Below, piece after piece: positions 13,501 to 23,053 of a stretch of 64,000 bases of DNA. The DNA is from Dudresnaya verticillata (taxonomy: Eukaryota). Every line of letters starts with the position of its first letter. Position 1 is the stretch's first letter. The stretch is from assembly GCA_977862235.1 (NCBI GenBank), contig OZ374557.1, positions 3,286,001-3,350,000 of the forward strand, given 5' to 3'. The translations under genes and the position numbers were made by a program. Under the pieces are notes generated by a model. It had not been told where the DNA came from. It made no database searches and saw only the letters and a program-made list of their open reading frames with translations.

Positions 13501-15000
13501 TAACTCAAAACGAGTGTTCACCACACGAACAGGTCCAGTCTCTTGCAGGAATGGAACTAGGCCCAACCGTGTCAAGGTTCTGGATCTTACTGGAGGCTGC
13601 TCCCCTAGGCCAACGAGGTCCTGACTTAACGAGAGTCACCACGCACAACACTCAACCTCTCAGCAAGCTCACGGACCAAGACAACAGCGGACGAGAGCCT
13701 CGAGAACTCTCTCACAAAATCAGAGACACAAGCCGACACAGTGGGATAGGGACCACTTTCAACAGACAACAAGCAGACAGGACAGGACACAAGCCGACAG
13801 GACAGGACACAAGCAGACAGGACAGGCCAGGACGGGACCGGACAGTATCAAGAATGAAAAGAAAAAGGAAGAAGGTTGCAGCGAAGCGATGAAGTCTGCG
13901 TAGGTCGACCTTCTGGGCCCATAACCTGAAAAGGAATATGGAGAGGTTGGAGTTGAACAAGATGAGAAATGGAAGTCGCTTGACTTCGTTTACTGCAGTC
14001 GACCATCCGACATGGCTTATATCAGCTTTTCGGATGAGTTGCTGCGTGAACACAAACAAAACAAATCATTAAAGAAACGCCCAAAATCCCTATCATCAAA
14101 TGGGCGGGAAAAAGTAAAGCAATTAAATCTACCAAATCATGCTCTCAGCACACTCACATCCGCCACCAAAATGGGCGGGAACTTGCACACCAGTGTTGCT
14201 AACTGCTGACATCAGCAATCCCTCTTGCGACCGCATTTCCTGCCATCCATATGGACTCCAACTTTGGGCGGGAACGTGAAAGTATCGAGTGTCCCCGCAT
14301 GGCTGCTGTCGGACAACACTGCACACCACGTGGCCGCACTTACCAGCTCAAGTCCGTCCATGAATATCCAACTTGGATCATTGACCACGTAATCACCCAG
14401 ATTTGCCTACGTGGCAGCTGTAAACCAACGTATCGGCCGCACGACAGCTACGTGATAACTGTAAACCAACGTGTCGGCCGCACGACAGCTACGTGCCAAC
14501 TGTAAACCAACGTGTCGGCCGCACAACAGCTACGTGCCAACTGTAAACCAACGTGTCGGCCGCACAACAACTGCATCTGCTGATATCACAAGTCAGGCTC
14601 CACGTAGCGCAAGTCCCTGCAGTACCAACTCGGACGCCATCAGCACACTGCATGGCACGTTCATGTGTACTTGTGGAGTACAGTGCGAGTCATACCAACA
14701 CCATTCCATGCCATACCACGTGCATCCATGTGGTCCAATCAGATCGTTCCACTTGGCCGTTCCTGTTATAACCGCCAATTCCAGCACAACACTTGTAAGC
14801 CATATAGACCATGGAGGCGGTTTGTAACAACCAATCAGAAGCCCGTTTCACGTTGCTTTTGCAAAAGGCCTAAATGCGCCGTGATTTTGGAAGCCCGGAA
14901 AAAGGGCTGTCGTCTCCGGAAGGTTTGGTGACAGCGTGCCAGGGTGCCATCTGGGGTGCCTGACCCGTGACGTGAGGCGCCAGCGACCATGTCCTCAACA
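7600..15000 (-). mobile_element. Full-length copia copy C (7401 bp; LTRs 7600-8673 and 13927-15000)
   Basis: Two 1074-bp LTRs, PBS, PPT and intact ORF; no TSD at the flanks. Confidence 0.96.
8668..12990 (-). CDS. Ty1/copia Gag-Pol polyprotein, 1440 aa (copy C)
   Basis: CCHC knuckle CDVCDKDGHTADRC; protease ADSGA; LWHRRLAH...CRAC zinc domain; integrase DDE (HSDIVG, HSDGAQEY, NGIAER); RT LDVKTAFLNG, YGLKQA, YVDD; RNase H DADYAG, SDNQSA, KHIDVR; IN precedes RT, the copia order. Confidence 0.97.
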   Translation of the reverse strand: MTDTEAEMDTSSGVKIPRFHGRRDDDYSLWRHRLRAACRIKGVWNVVHTSNDTPSSSQSTGEASADTSILHARTLAKREKACGIIISALGDAPLRVVMEVDDDPKRMLELLDSRYASSRTVSRIAVQTKLFRMTYTGQNMSNYVDQYTSLFAQLDRMGNDSAIPETHKAPMLLASIDPSCHLESTAAALRTKDAAELTWDYVATTLIDEYNAKDSHGSNTGGRSSKSKSRRKKKKKSASSGSRQQHNPLDDNDDSDDSSDIESTVRALAVALKSAKQAHSTPNRHLHCDVCDKDGHTADRCYLNPENPNNKLPPKVRQMFTNQGKKGNANSAVAASGKNNGKSAKVEIAGASVEMTTVVPPNDQGTYADSGATVHCFHSMTSFVPSSVSRCEKRTVVLADKSSVTSDLCGDVILPFEHANIRLKKALFIPQMGYNLVSTGRLADKGIESHFRRLDVRLVLDSDGYYIGSGVRDASSGMYMLPEPEPHTSEEQVLAVPSTQQTTELWHRRLAHINFRDLAKVHEHVEGVPELGSTHEVCRACRLGKAHKQSFPGHFRPAKAVGDLVHSDIVGPIQISFPDRFRHATTFLDDKSRFLVVACMRSRRMLSAAFDQASAKFIELGGAEITKLHSDGAQEYLALQKDLGGVGDSGKSFSPPYTPELNGIAERVNRTMVEAALTLLIQADLPGCLWPFALKHVNYVRNRVPHSTVGATPYSVMTGDVPDLKHLRVFGCAAYVLRLPRGSKFESRALEGVHLETLEHGIYRILVTGGDGIPRVVESRHVTFDESKFPGAPSLLEYGQDEADSDEDYESNSEASICNSDSDDDVSLGNFEDEEDAIEVDTPSSPPLPPSEPSSFESDDTAEEENVSDNPPAGVSSDPERHQQSRYPRRQRRQTSKWFMASSAQAEQQVALTTGDEPTLREAMSATPEERGLWQSAIDDEFASLESKGTWVRDDSPGAQPLPTHAVLKVKRKSDGTVERFKARVVAGGNFQTYGEDYMETYAPVVSFSLVRMFLYLVLCLNLFVAQLDVKTAFLNGDLAEHVWVMSPRGIPGRESLCYKLLKAMYGLKQAHLAWHTKLCGDLARMMFEELPSAPCVFRRKSKSSGYAYILVYVDDLLILAPTKAERDAIVKELQGLYDLRLSEGVDLFLGVELGWKLDCDGRFVSLKMTQQVYTESVLRRFGLQNSKPACTPMVESFFTGLAAEEDKAVVSVETYQQMIGSLLYLGLRTRLDILASVLILARFQKAPTAYCHRGAKRVLRYLRGTHKHGVTYQSGTTRIQAYVDADYAGDTTDRKSMSGYMVKLGDAVCIWGSKKQSTVALSTCESEYYAMTLAAKETVWVTRVLKEADLNVEGPVPLRSDNQSAINWATGERCPSGRAKHIDVRVHFIRELVADSVLEVVYVPSEDNDADLLTKPLGPTLLNRILPRVGLGGAIEEEC

Positions 15001-16033
15001 GTTTCGTCGCAAATCCAAGTCTTCTGGATACGCATACATCTTGGTGTACGTTGATGACTTGCTCATCCTCGCACCCACAAAGGCGGAGAGAGACGCCATT
15101 GTTAAGGAACTGCAGGGCCTCTACGATCTACGGCTGTCTGAAGGGGTTGACCTCTTCCTCGGAGTCGAGCTTGGATGGAAGCTAGACTCTGATGGCAGAT
15201 TTGTGTCCCTCAAGATGACTCAACAGGTCTACACGGAAAGTGTTCTTCGTCGATTTGGACTTCAGAACTCTAAGCCGGCTTGTACGCCGATGGTTGAGTC
15301 TTTCTTCACTGGACTTGCCGCCGAAGAGGACAAGGCCGTCGTGTCGGTTGAGACGTACCAGCAGATGATCGGGTCACTTCTGTACTTGGGGCTTCGCACA
15401 AGGCTGGATATTTTGGCCTCTGTGCTTATCCTCGCACGGTTCCAGAAGGCTCCAACTGCGTACTGTCACCGTGGTGTAAAGAGGGTTCTGCGATATCTTC
15501 GAGGCACTCACAAGCATGGAGTTACGTACCAGTCCGGAAGCACTCGTATCCAAGCTTATGTGGACGCTGACTATGCCGGTGACACCACAGACCGAAAATC
15601 TATGTCTGGTTACATGGTGAAACTGGGAGATGCAGTGTGTATTTGGGGATCCAAGAAGCAGTCAACTGTTGCTCTCTCAACTTGCGAGTCGGAGTACTAT
15701 GCAATGACTCTGGCTGCGAAAGAGACGGTTTGGGTCACGCGAGTGCTGAAGGAGGCCGACTTGAACGTCGAAGGCCCGGTTCCATTGAGATCAGACAACC
15801 AGTCTGCCATCAATTGGGCTACTGGAGAACGCTGCCCGTCTGGTCGTGCCAAGCACATCGACGTTCGTGTACACTTCATTCGCGAACTTGTCGCCGACTC
15901 TGTTCTGGAAGTGGTGTATGTGCCGTCAGAAGAAAACGACGCGGACTTGCTGACAAAGCCACTCGGGCCCACTTTGCTCAATAGGATTCTACCAAGGGTT
16001 GGACTTGGAGGAGCCATCGAGGAGGAGTGTTGA
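15001..16033 (+). pseudogene. Gag-Pol 3' part (RT C-terminus + RNase H) of copy B/X
   Basis: Resumes exactly where 7599 stopped (FRRKSKSS...YVDD...GAIEEEC*). Confidence 0.92.
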
Positions 16034-17207
16034 GGACATGGTCGCTGGCGCCTCACGTCACGGGTCAGGTACCCCAGATGGCACCCTGGCACGCTGTCAC
16101 CAAACCTTCCGGAGACGACAGCCCTTTTTCCGGGCTTCCAAAATCACGGCGCATTTAGGCCTTTTGCAAAAGCAACGTGAAACGGGCTTCTGATTGGTTG
16201 TTACAAACCGCCTCCATGGTCTATATGGCTTACAAGTGTTGTGCTGGAATTGGCGGTTATAACAGGAACGGCCAAGTGGAACGATCTGATTGGACCACAT
16301 GGATGCACGTGGTATGGCATGGAATGGTACTGGTATGACGCGCACTGTACTCCACAAGTACATATGAACGTGCCATGCAATGTGCTGATGGCGTCTGAGT
16401 TGGTACTGCAGGGACTTGCGCTACGTGGAGCCTGGCTTGTGATATCAGCAGATGCAGTTGTCGTGCGGCCAACACGTCGGTTTACAGTTGCCACGTAGCT
16501 GTCGTGCGGCCGACACGTTGGTTTACAGTTGCCACGTAGGTGTCGTGCGGCCGACACGTTGGTTTACAGCTGCCACGTAGGCAAATCTGGGTGATTACGT
16601 GGTCAATGATCCAAGTTGGATATTCATGGACGGACTTGAGCTGGTAAGTGCGGCCACGTGGTGTGCAGCGTTGTCCGACAGCAGCCATGCGGGGACACTC
16701 GATACTTTCGAGTTCCCGCCCAAAGTTGGAGTACATATGGATGGCAGGAAATGCGGTCGCAAGAGGGATTGCTGATGTCAGCAGTTAGCAACACTGGTGT
16801 GCAAGTTCCCGCCCATTTTGGTGGCGGATGTGAGTGTGCTGAGAGTATGATTTGGTAGATTTAATTGTTTTACTTTTTCCCGCCCATTTGATGATAGGGA
16901 TTTTGGGCGTTTCTTTAATGATTTGTTTTGTTTGTGTTCACGCAGCAACTCATCCGAAAAGCTGATATAAGCCTTGTCGGATGGTCGACTGCAGTAAACG
17001 AAGTCAAGCGACTTCCATTTCTCATCTTGTTCAACTTCAACCTCTCCATATTCCTTTTCATTTAATGATTTGTTTTGTTTGTGTTCACGCAGCAACTCAT
17101 CCGAAAAGCTGATATAAGCCATGTCGGATGGTCGACTGCAGTAAACGAAGTCAAGCGACTTCCATTTCTCATCTTGTTCAACTCCAACCTCTCCATATTC
17201 CTTTTCA
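16028..17207 (+). repeat. 3' LTR of copy X (16028-17060) followed by a 147-bp LTR 3' tail (17061-17207) belonging to B
   Basis: ...CCTTTTCA|TTTAATGATTTG... junction; tail alleles (GCCATGTCGG, AACTCCAACC) match the B 5' LTR, not the adjacent LTR (GCCTTGTCGG, AACTTCAACC). Confidence 0.85.
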
Positions 17208-18871
17208 ACATAGCCTTCAGAAGTTTGTAACAGAGAGATTCCCTTCCAGGAATCCCACGCGGTGACATTACCCACACGTGTTCTGCCAGATCACCATTCA
17301 GGAAAGCCGTCTTCACGTCTAGCTGTGCAACAAACAGGTTCAAACACAGTACCAAGTATAGGAACATGCGCACCAGCGAGAACGACACAACTGGGGCGTA
17401 TGTTTCCATGTAGGTTTCACCATACGTCTGGAAGTTTCCACCAGCGACGACCCGCGCTTTGAAGCGCTCGACCGTCCCGTCGGACTTGCGTTTAACTTTC
17501 AGCACGGCGTGCGTTGGAAGCGGCTGTGCACCGGGACTGTCATCACGGACCCAAGTGCCTTTGGATTCCAAGGATGCGAACTCATCATCAATGGCAGATT
17601 GCCACAACCCGCGCTCCTCCGGAGTGGCAGACATGGCCTCTCGAAGAGTGGGCTCATCTCCCGTTGTGAGGGCAACCTGTTGTTCAGCTTGTGCAGAGCT
17701 CGCCATAAACCATTTCGACGTCTGGCGACGTTGGCGACGAGGATATCGACTCTGTTGCTGGCGTTCTGGATCTGAACTCACACCAGCCGGAGGACTGTCA
17801 GAGACATTTTCTTCCTCAGCCGTGTCATCAGATTCGAATGAGCTGGGTTCTGATGGAGGTAGTGGAGGTGAAGAAGGTGTGTCAACTTCAATCGCATCCT
17901 CTTCATCCTCAAAGTTACCCAGCGACACATCGTCATCAGAGTCCGAGTTGAAAATAGAGGCCTCTGAGTTAGACTCGTAATCTTCATCCGAATCTGCCTC
18001 GTCCTGCCCATATTCCAACAGGCTTGGAGCACCCGGGAATTTGGACTCGTCGAATGTGACATGCCGCGACTCAACCACACGAGGTATACCGTCACCGCCA
18101 GTGACCAATATCCTGTAGATCCCATGCTCTAGAGTCTCCAAGTGCACCCCCTCAAGTGCACGAGACTCGAACTTGGATCCGCGTGGGAGCCTTAGGACAT
18201 ATGCAGCACATCCAAACACTCTTAAATGTTTTAAATCAGGAACATCACCTGTCATGACCGAGTATGGCGTAGCCCCAACGGTTGAGTGTGGTACCCGATT
18301 GCGCACGTAGTTGACATGCTTCAGTGCAAACGGCCACAAACATCCCGGTAGATCAGCCTGGATCAGCAAAGTCAGGGCAGCTTCCACCATGGTTCGGTTC
18401 ACCCTTTCCGCGATTCCATTGAGCTCCGGAGTATAAGGTGGGGAGAAGGATTTGCCACTGTCTCCAACTCCTCCCAAATCTTTCTGCAAAGCCAAATACT
18501 CCTGAGCCCCGTCTGAGTGGAGTTTTGTTATTTCCGCTCCTCCAAGCTCGATAAACTTTGCTGAAGCTTGATCAAATGCTGCACTCAACATACGGCGACT
18601 TCTCATACATGCGACGACCAAGAAACGGGATTTGTCATCCAGAAACGTCGTGGCATACCGGAAACGATCGGGAAAGGAGATCTGGATTGGACCCACAATG
18701 TCGGAATGCACGAGATCACCGACAGCTTTGGCCAGGCGGAAGTGCCCTGGGAATGATTGTTTGTGTGCTTTCCCAAGTCTACAAGCCCGACACACTTCAT
18801 GAGTGGAGCCCAACTCCGGAACACCCTCAACATGCTCGTGCACTTTGGCCAAGTCCCGAAAATTAATGTGG

Positions 18872-21800
18872 TGTTGAGGACATGGTCGCTGGCGCCTCAC
18901 GTCACGGGTCAGGCACCCCAGATGGCACCCTGGCACGCTGTCACCAAACCTTCCGGAGACGACAGCCCTTTTTCCGGGCTTCCAAAATCACGGCGCATTT
19001 AGGCCTTTTGCAAAAGCAACGTGAAACGGGCTTCTGATTGGTTGTTACAAACCGCCTCCATGGTCTATATGGATTACAAGTGTTGTGCTGGAATTGGCGG
19101 TTATAACAGGAACGGCCAAGTGGAACGATCTGATTGGACCACATGGATGCACGTGGTATGGCATGGAATGGTGTTGGTATGACTCGCACTGTACTCCACA
19201 AGTACACATGAACGTGCCATGCAATGTGCTGATGGCGTCCGAGTTGGTACTGCAGGGACTTGCGCTACGTGGAGCCTGACTTGTGATATCAGCAGATGCA
19301 GTTGTTGTGCGGCCGACACGTTGGTTTACAGTTGGCACGTAGCTGTTGTTCGGCCGACACGTTGGTTTACAGTTATCACGTAGCTGTCGTGCGGCCGATA
19401 CGTTGGTTTACAGCTGCCACGTAGGCAAATCTGGGTGATTACGTGGTCAATGATCCAAGTTGGATATTCATGGACGGACTTCAGCTCGTAAGTGCGGCCA
19501 CGTGGTGTGCAGTGTTGTCCGACAGCAGCCATGCGGGGACACTCGATACTTTCACGTTCCCGCCCAAAGTTGGAGTACATATGGATGGCAGGAAATGCGG
19601 TCGCAAGAGGGATTGCTGATGTCAGCAGTTAGCAACACTGGTGTGCAAGTTCCCGCCCATTTTGGTGGCGGATGTGAGTGTGCTGAGAGCATGATTTGGT
19701 AGATTTAATTGCTTTACTTTTTCCCGCCCATTTGATGATAGGGATTTTGGGCGTTTCTTTAATGATTTGTTTTGTTTGTGTTCACGCAGCAACTCATCCG
19801 AAAAGCTGATATAAGCCATGTCGGATGGTCGACTGCAGTAAACGAAGTCAAGCGACTTCCATTTCTCATCTTGTTCAACTCCAACCTCTCCATATTCCTT
19901 TTCAGGTTATGGGCCCAGAAGGTCGACCTACGCAGACTTCATCGCTTCGCTGCAACCTTCTTCCTTTTTCTTTTCATTCTTGATACTGTCCGGTCCCGTC
20001 CTGGCCTGTCCTGTCTGCTTGTGTCCTGTCCTGTCGGCTTGTGTCCTGTCCTGTCTGCTTGTTGTCTGTTGAAAGTGGTCCCTATCCCACTGTGTCGGCT
20101 TGTGTCTCTGATTTTGTGAGAGAGTTCTCGAGGCTCTCGTCCGCTGTTGTCTTGGTCCGTGAGCTTGCTGAGAGGTTGAGTGTTGTGCGTGGTGACTCTC
20201 GTTAAGTCAGGACCTCGTTGGCCTAGGGGAGCAGCCTCCAGTAAGATCCAGAACCTTGACACGGTTGGGCCTAGTTCCATTCCTGCAAGAGACTGGACCT
20301 GTTCGTGTGGTGAACACTCGTTTTGAGTTAGTACCCATAAGGTGGACGTCTCGTAAGGATTGCATACTTCGTGTCTGTGTGCGCACGACACGAAAGGGCT
20401 GCTGAAAGACGCATTTCACCCGGAGAATCATATCCGGGGGCCAGGAGTCCGACTCCTAGGGGTGACTAGGTAGAACCTGGTGCCAGAACATCCCGCGTCA
20501 AAAAGACGTTCAACTATCAAGAATCAACTTTTCAACTTCAAGTTTCAACTTTTCTTCTTCAGTCCAGGTGATCCCATCATCACCTGAGAGTTTCATTACT
20601 CCAAGCGTGGGAGCTACTTGGCAAAGTGTGCTCCGCTTGTGACTGTATTATATTACCGACGTGTTCGACACATTTCTCAGTTTCGTCGTCACGTCTTCGT
20701 TGTGTGAGCTGCACTGCTCTGCTTAACACGACTATTACCCTCTGGGCATCGACACTGTTGCACTAACAGCACTGCCCCAAGTTTACCAAGTTTTCTAAAA
20801 CTATTCAAGTTATCTCTTCTCACCACCAGTCGCAACAGCGATGACTGATACCGAAGCCGAGATGGATACTTCGAGCGGGGTCAAGATACCCCGTTTCCAC
20901 GGCAGGAGAGATGACGACTACAGTCTCTGGCGTCATCGCCTTCGTGCCGCATGCCGCATCAAAGGGGTTTGGAATGTTGTCCACACCTCAAACGACACAC
21001 CGAGCAGCTCACAGTCAACTGGAGAGGCCTCAGCGGATACTTCCATTCTTCACGCCAGAACCTTGGCCAAACGTGAGAAGGCTTGCGGGATCATTATCTC
21101 CGCACTTGGTGATGCTCCGCTTCGTGTCGTTATGGAGGTTGATGATGACCCCAAACGCATGCTGGAGCTATTGGACTCGCGCTATGCGTCCAGTCGAACC
21201 GTATCCCGTATCGCCGTACAGACCAAGCTATTCCGTATGACGTACACCGGTCAGAATATGTCCAACTATGTCGACCAGTACACGTCACTGTTCGCCCAAC
21301 TCGACCGCATGGGCAACGACTCGGCGATACCGGAGACACATAAGGCACCTATGCTGCTTGCTTCCATTGATCCGTCCTGCCACCTGGAGTCAACAGCTGC
21401 AGCTCTTCGCACCAAAGATGCTGCTGAGCTGACTTGGGACTACGTCGCAACCACGCTGATCGATGAGTACAACGCCAAAGATTCTCATGGATCAAACACA
21501 GGTGGGAGATCCAGTAAGTCGAAGAGTCGTCGGAAGAAGAAAAAGAAGTCCGCGTCGTCAGGTTCTCGCCAGCAACACAACACGCTGGATGACAACGACG
21601 ACTCCGATGACTCTTCTGATATTGAATCCACCGTCCGTGCGTTGGCGGTTGCACTCAAGTCCGCCAAGCAGGCTCACTCCACCCCGAACCGGCACCTTCA
21701 CTGTGATGTTTGCGACAAGGATGGACACACCGCGGATCGATGCTATCTCAATCCGGAAAATCCTAACAACAAGCTTCCTCCAAAGGTGCGACAGATGTTC

Positions 21801-23053
21801 ACCAACCAGGGCAACTGGAGAACGCTGTCCGTCTGGTCGTGCCAAGCATATCGACGTTCGTGTTCACTTCATTCGCGAGCTTGTCGCCGACTCTGTTCTG
21901 GAAGTGGTGTATGTGCCGTCAGAAGACAACGACGCGGACTTGTTGACAAAGCCACTCGGGCCCACTTTGCTCAATAGGATTCTACCAAGGGTTGGACTTG
22001 GAGGAGCCATCGAGGAGGAGTGTTGAGGACATGGTCGCTGGCGCCTCACGTCACGGGTCAGGCACCCCAGATGGCACCCTGGCACGCTGTCACCAAACCT
22101 TCCGGAGACGACAGCCCTTTTTCCGGGCTTCCAAAATCACGGCGCATTTAGGCCTTTTGCAAAAGCAACGTGAAACGGGCTTCTGATTGGTTGTTACAAA
22201 CCGCCTCCATGGTCTATATGGCTTACAAGTGTTGTGCTGGAATTGGCGGTTATAACAGGAACGGCCAAGTGGAACGATCTGATTGGACCACATGGATGCA
22301 CGTGGTATGGCATGGAATGGTGTTGGTATGACTCGCACTGTACTCCACAAGTACACATGAACGTGCCATGCAATGTGCTGATGGCGTCCGAGTTGGTACT
22401 GCAGGGACTTGCGCTACGTGGAGCCTGACTTGTGATATCAGCAGATGCAGTTGTTGTGCGGCCGACACGTTGGTTTACAGTTGGCACGTAGCTGTTGTTC
22501 GGCCGACACGTTGGTTTACAGTTATCACGTAGCTGTCGTGCGGCCGATACGTTGGTTTACAGCTGCCACGTAGGCAAATCTGGGTGATTACGTGGTCAAT
22601 GATCCAAGTTGGATATTCATGGACGGACTTCAGCTCGTAAGTGCGGCCACGTGGTGTGCAGTGTTGTCCGACAGCAGCCATGCGGGGACACTCGATACTT
22701 TCACGTTCCCGCCCAAAGTTGGAGTACATATGGATGGCAGGAAATGCGGTCGCAAGAGGGATTGCTGATGTCAGCAGTTAGCAACACTGGTGTGCAAGTT
22801 CCCGCCCATTTTGGTGGCGGATGTGAGTGTGCTGAGAGCATGATTTGGTAGATTTAATTGCTTTACTTTTTCCCGCCCATTTGATGATAGGGATTTTGGG
22901 CGTTTCTTTAATGATTTGTTTTGTTTGTGTTCACGCAGCAACTCATCCGAAAAGCTGATATAAGCCATGTCGGATGGTCGACTGCAGTAAACGAAGTCAA
23001 GCGACTTCCATTTCTCATCTTGTTCAACTCCAACCTCTCCATATTCCTTTTCA
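18872..23053 (+). mobile_element. Copia copy D, internally deleted (4182 bp), non-autonomous; LTRs 18872-19904 and 22021-23053
   Basis: TSD TGTGG at 18867-18871 and 23054-23058; 3137-bp deletion joins the end of gag to RNase H at about 21814. Confidence 0.94.
20841..21977 (+). CDS. Gag-only ORF of copy D (378 aa; Gag including the zinc knuckle plus a frameshifted tail)
   Basis: Matches Gag to ...MFTNQG, then out-of-frame RNase H sequence. Confidence 0.7.
   Translation: MTDTEAEMDTSSGVKIPRFHGRRDDDYSLWRHRLRAACRIKGVWNVVHTSNDTPSSSQSTGEASADTSILHARTLAKREKACGIIISALGDAPLRVVMEVDDDPKRMLELLDSRYASSRTVSRIAVQTKLFRMTYTGQNMSNYVDQYTSLFAQLDRMGNDSAIPETHKAPMLLASIDPSCHLESTAAALRTKDAAELTWDYVATTLIDEYNAKDSHGSNTGGRSSKSKSRRKKKKKSASSGSRQQHNTLDDNDDSDDSSDIESTVRALAVALKSAKQAHSTPNRHLHCDVCDKDGHTADRCYLNPENPNNKLPPKVRQMFTNQGNWRTLSVWSCQAYRRSCSLHSRACRRLCSGSGVCAVRRQRRGLVDKATRAHFAQ

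Larger units (their letters stand above)
2300..17207 (+). mobile_element. Copia copy B (5' LTR 2300-3373), interrupted by C; 3' end chimeric with copy X
   Basis: TSD ACATA at 2295-2299 and 17208-17212; PBS at 3374-3387; ORF pieces 4310-7599 and 15001-16033. Confidence 0.92.

Noticed and set aside
14936..16033. Fusion ORFs starting MPGCHLG/MPGYHLG or ending KRNMERL... (also 1642-2364, 17062-18936, 29463-31292, 42013-43272, 53415-56693)
   Set aside because: Chance read-through between antisense LTR ends and interrupted pol fragments at insertion junctions.
21800..21830. Copy D deletion as a retrotransposed spliced gag RNA
   Set aside because: The deleted segment is not bounded by GT...AG; microhomology explains the junction better.
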